From NCBI RefSeq assembly GCF_001194135.2, contig NC_068985.1, positions 31,616,968 to 31,672,910 of the forward strand: a stretch of DNA of 55,943 nucleotides, in the 5' to 3' direction. The notes under the pieces were generated by a model that worked only from the letters and a program-made list of their open reading frames with translations, searched no databases and had not been told where the DNA came from. The DNA comes from Octopus bimaculoides. Its lineage: Eukaryota. Both the position numbers and the translations under genes were made by a program. Shown one piece after another: positions 1 through 12,950 of the stretch (positions within the stretch are counted from its first letter, which is position 1; every line of letters starts with the position of its first letter).

Positions 1-299
1 TTTGAGCTAGATCGTTGCCAGTGCCCCTGGACTGGCTCTTGTGCGGGTGGCACATAAAAGACACCATTTTGAGCGTGGCCGTTGCCAGTACCGCCTGATG
101 GCCCTCGTGTGGGTGACACGTAAAAGCACCCACTACACTCTCTGAGTGGTTGGCATTAGGAAGGGCATCCAGCTGTAGAAACTCTGCCAAATTAGATTGG
201 AGCCTGGTGTTGCCATCCGGTTTCACCAGTCCTCAGTCAAATCGTCCAACCCATGCTAACATGGAAAGCGGACGTTAAACGATGATGATGATGATGATA
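1..299 (+). mobile_element. RTE-type LINE 3' UTR end
   Basis: About 60-bp internal repeats, then aaagcacccactacactc...ggaagggcatccagctgtagaa...ggacgttaaacgatgatgat tail shared with many copies in the window. Confidence 0.8.
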
Positions 300-1784
300 G
301 ATTACTTGGAGTGTCTCTCTCTTTAAGGTTCTTACCATAATAAATGCTAATGCTTTTATCCTATGATAAAATAATTGCTTGGTAAATAGACATCACTTCT
401 TTCTTGGCTTTCTAGAATGCAAATAGTTGTACCAACTGAACCTGCCTATTATAGATCCTGTCTATAAGATTTAAAATTTCTTTCTTTCCCAGCATATGAA
501 CTTATTGCAAATACCAACTACTTCAAATTCTAACTTTCATTAGTTGCCCCTATTCCGAATCATTAACTGATACTTCTTTACTCAAAACTTCTTACCTCTC
601 CTTCTTACTCTCATAACACCTGATAGTTAAATTTTGGGTTTTTAGCTTCCATAAACTCTATTTAAATTACATTTCTAGAAATTCCTTCTAACAAATCAGT
701 CATATTTAGTCATTCCAAATAACCTGTCTTTATTTCTCAATGTTTTTCCTTCTTATGTATACAAAACATAACTGTTTCAAGACCTCTATACTAAGGCCAC
801 TATATCAACTCCTAGGTACCCAAGTAACATTGCTTAAAATATTTAAAGTAAAATGTTACTGCAGATCAAAAATTTTTGGAGGTTGGGCTAAATACTAAAT
901 TCATTTAGTATACTGCAATAGTTTGGTTACTCTGAAACATTAAAGTCAATGTTCAAAAGATTTGAATAACGTATTCAAAGAATGGTTAGAATTACTACTA
1001 GTGGGCTACCAATCAAATGGATTGATGGTGTTAACTAGAACCTGCATTGTCTCAAGTTTCTCACCCACTTTCTTAAAACTGCCTATGGTTTTATGATACA
1101 AAGCTTTTTTTTAAAAGTGTCCATATTTAAACTCTTCTATCATGCTTTTACAAAAAGACCTTTCTTTCAGTTATGTTTTAAACTCCAGTTTAATGACGAA
1201 ATGTTATTTTACTAAATTCCTCCAAAATCTTGTATGCATTCACAATTAATCAAAGCCTTTAGACAGGAAATTTCATTAGAAATATAGTCACAGAATAATC
1301 AAGACATTTGGGGAAATTATTCATATCTATTTTACAATATTTTTATACAAACTATTCTGAATGTTTGCCCAAAATAGAAAGAGTAGAAAGTAAGAGGGAG
1401 CTGTGAGACAGCGAATAAACATATATCACTATTTAGGACCTTGCCCACTTCAGATAAATGGCTCTGCTTGATATGTAGGAAAGGTGTAGGCAGAAATTCC
1501 ATTTAATGTACCCATTGCAAGCTCTGGATGCACAAGAGGTGCAGTGGAATAATAGGAGGGTTAACAGATATAGTATTTGTAAGTGGAAGATGTACAGGAA
1601 TCATAAAGACTACAGATATATGGGAAACTGATTTTGTAAGATGCCTCAGAGGCAATAGTAGATAATTTCTGCTACTTAAGTGACCTAATTAGCTGTGGAG
1701 GAGGTAGTACAGAAAGTACAATTGCTATAATAAGAATAGGATGGAGAAAGTTCAGAGAACTTTTACCTCTGTTGACAACCAAAG

Positions 1785-2550
1785 GTCCCTCTCTCCAAGT
1801 GAAAGGAAAATTGTATGATGTAAACTAACTGCAATGCTGCACGGTAGTGAGATGTGGGCCATGAATGCAGAGGACATGTGAAAACTAGAGAAGAATGAAG
1901 TTGGTATGTTCCACTAGATGTACAATGTCAGTGTACATGTGCAACACAGTGATACTGTATTGAGTGAAAAGTTAGCCACAGGAGGAATTGGATGCAGTGT
2001 GCAAGAGAGAAGACTGCACTGGTTTGATCATATGATCCATATGGATGAGGATAGTTGCATAAAGAAGTGCTGATCACTTAAAGTGGATGGAAGTTGTGGA
2101 AGAAGAGAACTCAGGAAGACATGGGATGAAGTATTAAAAGCCGATTTCAAAACACTGAGCCTTGTGAAAAATGACAAAGGGCTGAGATATATGGTACATT
2201 GCTGTACTCAAGTAGACCTGCCCACCACAACAGAATTGATATTTTAAGACCATCTTCATAATGCTTGTCCACAAGGGACTTTACTCTGTCAACCTTCTCC
2301 CCCATCCCTACCCCCATTTCATCCTCTAACACCCAAAAAACAGTGGTAATGGTGTCACATAAAAAGCACTGGTGATGAAGCCATGTAAAAAGCATCCAGT
2401 ATACTCTGTAAAATGGTTGGCATTAGGAAAGGCATCCAGCTGTAGACACCAAGCCAAAACAGACTATGGAACCTGGTGTGGCTCCTGGCCTTGCCAGCTC
2501 CTGTCAAACCCAAACAAGCTTGCAAATGGATGTTAAATGATGATGATAAT
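1785..2550 (+). mobile_element. Degenerate RTE LINE 3' portion
   Basis: Decayed KGLSLRVKGRLYD...GRxRKTWDEV coding tail plus the same 3'UTR and GAT tail. Confidence 0.7.
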
Positions 2551-2779
2551 CAACCATCACCATCATACAAATGTTACTATTTACAAAATCTGTCCAAAAA
2601 ATAAGCCAAACGTTTAAATCAGTGTGCCAACCAGTCAGGACAACATGTTCACAACAATAATACTATGTATGGGTGATCTTAACTTTCAGCTTAATAATAA
2701 CCACATTACACCATGCCATTTAGTCATTGATCTACATGTACTAGATTGACTGCATGTCAAGTGCACTTAGTGATTTTCA

Positions 2780-3510
2780 GAAACTGAACAATGAAAGATT
2801 TGAAAAGTAACAAATTTGTGTGAAATTCTGCTTTAAGGAAAACCTTTTTACAGAATTGCTTTTTACAGAAGTTTAGCTAATATCACAAGCTTATGGTGGG
2901 GATTATTTGAGTCATGTGCATTGTCATGAGTGCTTCCAGCATTTCAAATTCAGAAGAATGTCTACTGAAGACAATCCCAAATCTAGATGACCTTGCATGA
3001 GATCAGATGATTACAACATGAAAGTGCATGCTGTAATCCATGAAAATCATTACCTGACTGTCCATAAAGTTTCCAAAGAAACAGTCATCTGTAAAAGCTT
3101 GTGCCACAGGATTTTAAAATAAAAATTGAAGATGTTTTGTGTTGTTGCAAAATTTGTGAACAAAAGAGAACCAAATTACAAATGCTTGAGCATTCAAATG
3201 CTGATGAAAACTCTCTGGAAAGTGTCATAGCAGGTGATGAAACGTGTGTAAATTTTAGGAAAGCACAAGATAACTTTCATTCTCCCAGTCACATTACTCT
3301 ACATTTTGGGATCAGCAGACTTTTATTTATTCCTAAAGCTGAAATCCACTCTGAAAGGCTGCTGATTTTAGATGACAGAAGAGCTTGAAGAGAATTCACT
3401 ATGAGAAACATATCCCAAGAAGCATTAAAAAACTAGAAGAAATGTTGGAAGTAGTGTACCAACGGTAGGGGGTGACTATTCTGAAGGAGACAAGGGATAT
3501 TTTAAAATTG
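2780..3510 (+). mobile_element. Internally deleted mariner-type transposase remnant
   Basis: MKDLK..VKFCFK-like N-terminus, HTH-region similarity and C-terminal ggtgactattctgaaggagac (GDYxEGD), with many stops. Confidence 0.65.
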
Positions 3511-6124
3511 AGTAAAGCAGTAGCTTTGTTTTTTTTAAAAGTTTGTTTTCTTTTGGGACAATTCTCATATGCATATTTTAAATTTTGTTTGTTACACCAA
3601 TGTACTTTATTTTTGTTAGAAGTGTAAGTGATACATTAAAATTTTTTTTTTTCTGTAAGTGGAACAAGTGATGAGAGAGTATGAACATTGAAATGATTAA
3701 TCAATTAAATTAGCTTTTGCATTGATGCATCCACTTCTCTCAAATTTTCAATCAATTGTCTCTTGCAATTATTCTTTCCAAAGATTTAAAAAAGCATTGT
3801 TTTAGCAACTGTGTCATTATTCACAATAGATTGCATAAACTTTCTTGTTTCTTGGTTTCTGCTTGGTTGCTTTAAGGTATGTCTACCCCTATTTTTTCTT
3901 TATATTTCTTGTACCTTCTTGGATTTTTATGTCTCATATTATTTTTTATCATTTGTCACATCATCTGTTTCTTCTCTCATATTAACTTTACATCTTATTT
4001 GTTCTCTAAGGCATTTTATTCACTCCATCTTATTTAACATTACATCCTATACAGCTTGTGTTGATGAGAATTCCCTCAAAAGGGAATATTGTAAAGGAAT
4101 TATTGCATTACAAAATTGACAACTGCTTAATGAACACATATCATTTAAAACATTCATTTTTTTTAAAAACAGAAACATATGCTTCTTTTCTTTGTTTCTC
4201 TGCCTGCATTTATCTGGTTTTGTATAAATTATATCCAATAGTAGTTTTTACGGAATTAATATCAGCAAAAAATAAGAAAGAGATAGAAAGGTAGAGAAAA
4301 AGACAGCATTCATAATCTTTATATCAACTATCAGTGATAGTAGAAATAGAGAAAAGGCACTGAAACTATAGTTTTACAGCAGGAAATATAGCACATTATA
4401 TTAACTGAAATGTTCAGAAACTATTGGTATAAGCAAGGACATTTAGTAAGATATTGTCTACTTTGGTACACATAATGTTATTAAACTCTCACCATGCTAA
4501 TTAATCTGCTTTCATTAATCAGTATTACAGTTATCACTATTATCATTGCTAGCATTATTTCAACATTTGTTTTTGATTTTTTCTCCTCCTTTGTGTCATG
4601 AGTTAAATGCTTCTTTCCAAACATCTCAAAGAAATCCAATTTTCTCACATTTTATTCATTTCATGTTTTCTTTGGCCTACTTAAACTGTGGATACTTACC
4701 ATTACAAGTACTTTTTCACCCAGCATGATATATCCATTTACATTTTATTATATAACTTTGTTTAAAGCAATAGCTAATATGAGCAAATACACAAGTTCAA
4801 CCTATACCAACATGAATTAAAAGAATGAGAAGATGTATGTTTATTTCAAACTGTTTTCCACTTAATCTTTAGAAGTCTTTGTGCATAAAAATGTTGATGT
4901 GTGTTTTCTTAATGTTTATTAACAGGTTACATACCAAAGTGTGGATATGGAAATTTAAACACTTGAAACAAGATTCTGACTAGTAGGCAACGAATCTAAA
5001 TATTTTATGCAACTGTAATTTAAATATTCATCAAATCTAAGTTTGTAATTCTTGTACACTTCTGTTCATTAGATCTGGATCAGCCTAGATCAAATAAACC
5101 AAACAATCAAACATTCAGGATTTTTTTTAATGAAGACAAACAATATCTAGGATTAATTTATCTAGTATGAGATAATTAATTTCAATTTGGAAGACTATGA
5201 CTTGAGGAAGATTTGGCTGCTATTTTAGCAAGTTGAGTGACTACACAGAACACAGAGGTATCCTTGATTGTTCATAACCATCAACACTTCTGCTAAGTGG
5301 CTGATGGTATGAAAATACTAATTCTGTGGAGGAAAATTGAAAGAAGGTACCATAAAAGATAGAAATATAAAAAATTTAGAAGTTTGAAAGTAAATGAACA
5401 AGAGATAAATCTATATTTATACCGACTTAAAAGGTAAATACATAGCTTATTTTTGTTGTGGGATCCAACAGTGGATTTTGAGGTTAGCATGAGCCATATT
5501 CTGAGTAACTGGTTGGACCAAACAAACAAAAGCAATCAACCAAAAAAGCAAGCATGCTCACACATTCACTCATAAACATAAATCAATACATACGCATATA
5601 ATCACTGCTGTAAAATGTAATTTGCTGCATGTGAGGTGCAAATAGAGTCACAAAAGAACTAGAATAAAAATAGAAGCTGTTAGCCAGAGAGATGCCTAAG
5701 ACAGATAAGAAATATGCAAGAAGTAATAAAAATGCAAGAAAAATTGTTGAGAAATAACAAAAGCAGACCACAAAACTTAAAAAAAGAAATGAACCAAAAG
5801 AATTAGTATTAATGAAATAAATAACAAGAAAACATGTTGATGATAGAATATAAGAGAAAAGTAAATTTTGAAAATAAAGTTTTCAACATTATTTACTGTC
5901 TTCATTCATGGTTGCAAAAACAGATTAAACACTTCATTAATATATATCAATCTATATAGATACACACACATACACACAAATGTGCATACATTATGATTAT
6001 TGTTATTAAACCATGACTATATCATATAGGGTCAAGTTTTGGATTTGGCTATGGCAGCGTGACGGAACCCAAGACCATATGGTTGAGAAGCAATCTTCTA
6101 ACAACACAGCCATACCTGCACTTT

Positions 6125-6745
6125 ATCTGTCTGTCTGAGTCTATCGTGAATATTGTCACGCCTCCTTCCTTGAAACAGGAAGGAAGAGCCATTTTCATCG
6201 TACTTGTGGCTATGGCGAAAGAATGTATATGGTGGATGCGTCTGAAAGGTCTAGAGACAAACACTTCCCTCTCCGGTGAATCTCTCATCAACTTCTTCAA
6301 GTATCACTTGAAGAGGAAAGTGAGAGTAGAGAGAGAAGTTTTGTCTAGTGAATGTTTAAAAAAAAATGGATGAATGTAGCAAAGATGGCACGTGTGAATG
6401 ATTGGAGCCACCTTGAGCATAATCCTATGAATCAGAAAAAGAAAGGAAAAAAGAGAGTCACTTATTGTACTGTGTTTTTTGTATAACATTATTGCCCGAG
6501 GTTACCATGGTCTTTTCTGTAGGCTTTTCTTTCCACGGATAAAACTAATCTGTTTCCCATTTTACACTATAACATTTCTGTGATACACGATCCCTATTGA
6601 TCGGCTTCCCCACCCTTATTTTTTCCTGATACCTTTTGATCGAAATTCTACACCCCACCACCTTGTTTTTTTTCCTTCCCAAAAGAAAAGCTCTACTTTG
6701 TATTTTGTCCCCTCTGTGTTCAGCCCTGAGTGGCCAATAAAGAAA
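6125..6745 (+). mobile_element. L1/Tx1-like LINE 3' end (ORF2 C-terminus plus 3'UTR)
   Basis: AIFIVLVAMAKECIWWMRLKG...LINFFKYHLKRKVRVERE resembles the post-zinc-knuckle tail of L1/Tx1 ORF2; ends in aataaagaaa. Confidence 0.55.
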
Positions 6746-7119
6746 CATCTCTCTCTCTATATATATATATCTATCTACCTACCTACCTACCTGCATAGCA
6801 ACCATAAATGAGTAATATCATGACTATATCATATAGGGTTAAGTTTTGGATTTGGCTATGGCACATTCTTGACATTGATGGATTTCCTTTGGGACTTCAT
6901 TTAATTGTAGATAGAATGAAAACAACAGACATTTTTGTGCTAAGATATAAAGTTACTGTGTGCATAAATCTCTTTCACAAACATATATATAAACAGATAC
7001 ACACATATTTGCGTGTGTGTGTGTGCGCGCACACACGCTCGCATGTGTTTGTGTGTGTGTAAGCATGTGCATAAATGTACGTAAGTGTATGTGTGCATGT
7101 ATACACACACACACACACA

Positions 7120-7290
7120 ACACATACATCATCATCATCGTTTAATGTCTTCGCTCCATGCTGGCATGGGTTGGATGGTTTGACAGGAGCCAGCCAGGCA
7201 GAAGTCTACATCAGGCCACTGTGTCTGTTCTGGCATGGTTTTTATGGCTGGATGCCTTTCCTAACACCCCACCCCCACAGAGTGAATTGA
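7120..7290 (-). mobile_element. Short RTE 3' end fragment
   Basis: catcatcatcatcgtttaatgtc...ggatgcctttcctaac, the reverse complement of the shared tail. Confidence 0.7.
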
Positions 7291-7550
7291 GTGCTTTTGT
7301 GTGTGTGTATGTATACACACATGTACTAAGCAGGTTTACATATAAAATATTAAACACTTATAGCAAGCAAATTAGTAGTTCCAGTTCTCTGGAGCTACAA
7401 GATTTGATGTATTTATAAATACTGTAATCCTTTGACTATCGCAGGTGTTACATTCCAAAACCACCCCATGATAGGCAAAAATCCATGAAGTAGAAACAGT
7501 ACTGTGTTGTATATTTTCTGTTATTATTTTTATAATTTGTATATATTATT

Positions 7551-9545
7551 TCATCATCATCATCATCGTCGTTTAACGTCCGCTTTCCATTCTGGCATGG
7601 GTTGGACGGTTTGACTGAGGACTGGCGAGCCAGAAAGCTGCACCAGGCTCCAATCTGATCTGGCAAAGTTTCTACAGTTGGATGCCCTTCCTAACGCCAA
7701 TCACTCCGAGAGTATAGTGGGTGCTTTTACGTGCCACCAGCTCGAGGGCCAATCAGGCGGTTCTGGCAATGACCATGCTCAAAAGGTGTCTTTTACATGC
7801 TACCTGCATGGGAGCCAGTCCAGCGGCACTGGCAACGACCATGCTCGAATGCTGTTTTTCACGTGCCACCAGCACATGTGCCGGTAGGGCAATGCTGGCA
7901 ATGATCAAGCTCGAATGGTGTTTATTACATGCCACTGGCACAGGAGCCAATCCATGGCCCTGGCAACGATCATGCTTGGATGTACTTTTAACATTCCACT
8001 GGCATGAGTGCCAATCAGGTGGTACTGTCATCGGCCATGTCAGCGATTTTGATTTCACTTGCCTCAATAGGTCTTCACAAGCAAAGTTTATTGTCCAATG
8101 AATGAGGGGTACTCATAAGTGGGCTGGTTACATCCACTGGCATAGTCCACAAGCTATTGTCTCACTTGGCTTGTTGGGTCTTCTCAAGCACAGCATATCT
8201 CCAAAGGTCTTGGTCACTAGTGATTGGCTTGGAAAGGCCCAATGTTCGAAGGTTGTGCTTCACCACCTCATCCCAGGTCTTCCTGGGTCTACCTCTTCCA
8301 CAGATTCCCTCAACTGCTAGGGTGTGACACTTTTTCACACAGCTGTCCTCATTCATTTGCAGCACATGACCATACCAGTGCAGTCATCTCCCTTGCACAC
8401 CACATCTGATGCTTCTCAAATCCAACTTTTCTCTCAGGGCGCTTACACTCTGTCATGTATGCATACTGACATTACACATCCAGCAGAGCATACTGGCTTC
8501 ATTCTTTGCAAGCTTACGCATGTCCTCCACAGTCACGGCCCATGTTTCACTGCCATGTAGCATGGCTGTTAGTACACATACAGTCTACCTTTTACTCTGA
8601 GTGAGAGGCCCTTTGTCACCAGCAGAGGTAGGAGCTCTCTGAACTTTGCCCAGGATATTCTTATTCTAGCAGCTACACTTTCAGAGCATTCAAACCCGCT
8701 ACTGACTTGGTCCCCTAGGTAATGGAAGCTATCAACTATTTCTAGTTTTTCTCTCTTGAATGTGACAGAAGCTGTTCTTTGCATATTTTCAGTGTTTATT
8801 GCTCCTGAGCCTTTGCCACATACAAAACTATCTTCTCAGTTAGCCTCCCTTTGATACTGCTGCACCTCTTATGTGTCCATAGCTTACGCTGGGTACATCT
8901 TATGGAGTTTCTACCTACGCCTTTTCTACAGATTGAGGGATTTGTGGTTTGTCAGCCTTCCTACTTATTAAGACTTTGGTTTTAGCTAAGTTGACCCGAA
9001 GGCCCTTCAATTCTAATCCTTGCTGCCACACCTGAAACTTTTCCTCTAGTTCTGATAATGACTCAGCAATTAGAGCAAGGTCATCAGCATAGAGGACCTC
9101 CCAGGGGCATCCTGTCTTGAATTCTTCTATTATTGCCTGGAGGACTATGATGAATAAGAGGGAGCTGAGGACTGATCCTTGGTGTACCCCTACCCCTACC
9201 CGGAATTCTTCACTGTACTCGTTGCCAACCCTCACCTTACTGACAGCGTCTCTGTACATGGCTTGCACAGCTCTCACTAACCATTCATCTATCCCTAGTT
9301 TCCTCATTGACCACCAGTTAAGGGATCGGGAGACCCTGTCAAAGGCTCTCTCTATGTCAACGAAAGCCAGGTACAGAGGTTTATCTTTGGCTAGGTATTT
9401 CTCCTGCCGCTGTCTTACCAGAAATATAGCNNNNNNNNNNGCCAGGTACAGAGGTTTATCTTTGGCTAGGTATTTCTCCTGCCGCTGTCTTACCAGAAAT
9501 ATAGCATCAGTGGTGCTTTTCCCTGGCATGAACCCATCATTCTCC
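7551..9545 (-). mobile_element. 5'-truncated RTE-clade LINE with reverse transcriptase
   Basis: RT motifs AFVDIERAFDRV, GVHQGSVLS, LYADDLAL, VNLAKTKVL; C-terminal GRGRPRKTWDEVVKH; minisatellite 3'UTR and (GAT)n tail; frameshifted. Confidence 0.92.
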
Positions 9546-9768
9546 CTTTTCCATACTAGCATGGGTTTGATGGTTTGACAAGAGCAAATGAGACACTGCT
9601 ATGACATGGATTCTACAGTTTGATACCTTTCCTAATGCCAACTACTTGACATAGTGTACTAGACACTTTTCATGTGACACCAGCATCAGTGTGGTTGCCA
9701 AGTACCCATAAGATAAGGCCCCCCCAAATGAGTGGTATATGAACGAGAGAGAGAGAGAGAGAGAGAGG

Positions 9769-9819
<51 letters not shown>

Positions 9820-9829
9820 NNNNNNNNNN

Positions 9830-9861
<32 letters not shown>

Positions 9862-10360
9862 AAGAGGTGTTTTGTCAAAGAGGTTAATGCATGGCTTGCC
9901 CACCTGGAAAGTGAAAGGGAGAAAGAAAAAAAAAAGATGTGATGTCCCGGTAGAAGATGAATATGAGATGAATAAGTACACAGAATGAAAAATAGTATGA
10001 GAGATGATTAGAGATAGAGAATGAGTTGGATGCTGCGAATATTAAACCAGTGTTGTGGGAAATGGAAAAAAGAGAAGAGTTGTGAGGGGAAGGTTTCATA
10101 GAACCTCAATTTTGCTGAGATGGACAGATTTTCTCAAGCACAGCATAACATCATTCATCTCTGTGCCCCCTCATCTCCTCTGAGAGCTTCAACATCTTGA
10201 GGTCAGCCTTCACCATTTTGTCCCACATTTTCCTAAGTCTGCCTCTTCTACATGTTTTTTCGATGTTTAGTAATCAGCATTTCTTTATACAACTGTCTTC
10301 ATCCATCTGCATGACATGACCATACCAGTGCAATCTTCTCTCCAGTACACCATATCTGAT
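9546..10360 (-). mobile_element. Older degenerate RTE 3' region interrupted by a (GA)n microsatellite
   Basis: A second tail (ttccatactagcatggg...) abuts the truncated RT; decayed coding tail at 10090-10360. Confidence 0.55.
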
Positions 10361-10967
10361 GAGCAAGTTCTCAAAATGGAGTCTAGCTATGTTAAAGATG
10401 TGCACCCACCATGAGTGATGCTTGGTGATTATAAATTTTCATATTTAAAGCTTTAACTGCATGCTAACCACATTAAAGGAGGATGAGGTGTGATGATGAT
10501 TTCTTGATACGAATATTGCTTATGAGTTTTTGTTTTCTTTTATCTTGACGAGACAAAATTAATATGATCTTGTTGGAGGATGCTTTCAAGGTTTCTGGTC
10601 ATAGAATCTGCAGGTTTACTGTATGCTATTTAGGCTGTATGGTACTTATTTTTATTTATCTCGATTTGTTTAACTGTTATGTTATAGGACTTAATATCAA
10701 CACAGGTTTTATTTTGACCAGTGTAAGCATAAACACAGACATGACATAGACACATGTACACACACATGACAGCTGCCCGCATAGTTTAAATATACCAAAT
10801 TCTACTCACTCAGTATTGGTTAACCTAAGGATAGAAGATACTTGCTCCAGGTACTATATAATGGGATCAAACTCAGAACCAGATACACAAAAAAAGAACT
10901 TCTAAATTGCACAGCTATATTTTGCTATTTGAAAACCTGCATTTATTTTTTATTATTATTTTAGAGT

Positions 10968-11190
10968 CTAAGGTGGTGAGCTGGCAGAATTGTTAACATG
11001 CTGGATGAAATGCTTAGCAGTATTTTGCCTGTCGCTATATTCTGAGTTCAAATTCTGGTGAGGTCGACTGCCTTTCATCCTTTCAGAGTCGATAAAATAA
11101 GTACTAGTTAAACACTGGGATGACATAATCAACTCATCTCTACCTCCCACAAACTGCCCTTGTGGCCAAAAATTGAAACAATTATTATTT
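10968..11190 (+). mobile_element. tRNA-derived SINE (family also at about 17490-17700 -, 17715-17850 -, 19250-19410 -, 48600-48780 +)
   Basis: A/B-box-like head ggtggtgagctggcagaattgtt...ctgagttcaaattc, body tttcatcctttc..gtcgataaaataagtac, tail ttgaaacaattatt. Confidence 0.7.
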
Positions 11191-11457
11191 TAGAGTCTAA
11201 TTAAAAAAGCTTGATTTAAAAAGACTGTTTGTTTATTTTTATGACACTAATAAATTCCTTTAATTTTATTGGTGTCATAAAATAATATTGGTGTCATAAA
11301 ATATTACTGGTGTCAAGAAAAGTCATTAATAGTATTAAAAAATTAAGTCTTTCAGTGAACTTAGTTCACTAAAAAGATTTAATAAAATCAGCAAAACACA
11401 TTGTAGGTTTCTAATAAAGGGAACGTAGATTGTGAAGTTTATAATAGTAGTCATAGC

Positions 11458-11736
11458 AGGTGAGGACAAATGAAGAAAAGGAAAATATGTCTTTGCATGT
11501 CTGCAAGAGTTACAGCTAGGCAGTGGAGTGGGTAGATGGATGGAATACTTAAAATAAATATAAAGAAGTTATATACATCCAGTACAGATGTATATAAATA
11601 TCAGTTATGTTAGAAACTTCATTAAAGGCTCTCACATAATTTCAAAGACAAGAAGAAAATTACTGTAATTTTGCAACAAAAAAGTAACAATCTTTGCAGG
11701 TTGATCTTACCATCTCTCCCACTTCAGTCAGTAAGC
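11458..11736 (+). promoter_or_regulatory. Promoter plus non-coding exon 1 (about 11621-11730) of peptide gene copy 1
   Basis: TATATAAA at 11591, Inr-like TCATT with its A 30 nt later (11621), ATG-free exon, donor CA|GTAAGC at 11731. Homologous to the 27.8 and 46.7 kb modules. Confidence 0.7.
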
Positions 11737-12039
11737 TAACTTTTATTTAATATTGAATTCAACTTCGGTTGAAACAACAAAAATGTTTTGCTTTTCATAA
11801 AAGCTCATCAAAAGCATTTGCATTTAATTACGTGATTTTAAAAAATATTTGATATATATATGTGGTGATGTTCAAATAGCATAAAATTGAGAAAATATAA
11901 AAATCCAGAAAGTTGAATAAGTAATAGTTCTAGATTGTGATTAATTTCATTTTGAATCTGTCATAATTATGATAACAGGTTTACTAAGAACCTGTTCACT
12001 GAACTGAAGAGTGGCTCTTTATCGTGCACAAAAAAAGAA

Positions 12040-12770
12040 TTGGATGAGAGCCATGGACCACTTCCACATTCCAGACAAAGTGATCAAAATAATATTATGA
12101 CAGTTTTGAAATGAGGCTTACAGCTGAAGATTTTAAAACAGATTGGCACCGACTGGAGATTGGCATTGCTGCTGGTTGTACAATATCTGTTACGCGGTTT
12201 ATCTTAATCATGGAGATGATTTTGAAAGCTGTGGATTTTTTGGAACAAATCACCCATGTACAATTGCCTAAGAAAGCCTTCATGGATAACATGACACTTC
12301 TAGCAACATAAACAAATTATGCAGAATGCCCTCTTGAAATTAGATGAACTTGTGAGGTGGTCAAGGATGTGGTTTAGAGCAAAAAAGTCACATAGTCTGA
12401 CATTTGTTAAGTGAGTGCAGAAAGAATTTAAGTTTCGAAAAGCTGAAGAAAGCATTCCAGCAATCAAAGAAGAACTCATCAAGAGCTTGGGGCAAGTATA
12501 CGCTGAAACATTGTCAGATAGGAGTCGCGGGATGGAAATTATGAAACAAGCCGAAGGTGGATTATCAGTGAGTGATAACTCGAAGTTACCAGATAACTAT
12601 AAAATTTGGTGCTTGTAGATCAGCTTGTACCCGCGACTGTTGTGGCCATTTTTAATATATGAGGTAGCCTTGTCACGAGTTCAGATTATTGAACAAAAAT
12701 GTAATGTTTTCATTAGAAAGTGGCTAGGCCTACCTCAGATGTTGAACAGTTCAGCTCTATATTAGTGGCG
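12040..12770 (+). mobile_element. HERO-like (RLE-type non-LTR) RT fragment inside the intron of copy 1
   Basis: DWHRLEIGIAAGCTISV, AFMDNMT, KSLG, YPRLLWPFLIYEV, IRKWLGLP..L.SSALY match the HERO-clade RT pattern as I recall it; frameshifted. Confidence 0.7.
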
Positions 12771-12950
12771 TCTGAAGGAAAACTTTATCAAATGAAATGT
12801 TAAGGTAATTACAACATATAGAGCATAAAATGATTTTATCATTTCTTGTTAAATAATATTGAATTATGTAATCTAATTTTAAATGATAGTTAATAAGATG
12901 TTTCTTTTTTTTTTTTGCAATCTTTTAGATCTTATCAAAGGAAATACAAT

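Noticed and set aside
1-299. About 60-bp spaced repeats (also 7730-8030, 45250-45440, 55030-55310) that superficially resemble a CRISPR-like array
   Set aside because: They are internal minisatellite repeats of the RTE 3'UTR in eukaryotic DNA, with no unique spacers and no cas genes.
3101-3388. 95-aa ORF with a CCKIC motif
   Set aside because: Lies within the decayed mariner remnant; not an independent gene.
9366-9505. 65-bp direct duplication inside the RTE RT
   Set aside because: The copies sit exactly either side of a 10-N gap, which indicates a contig-overlap artefact. The same applies around the 10-N gap at about 55433-55442.
9642-9981. ERER/LSLS ORFs, and THTH/CVCV ORFs elsewhere (6940-7138, 15614-15899, 31906-32400, 40088-40282)
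   Set aside because: Microsatellite translations.
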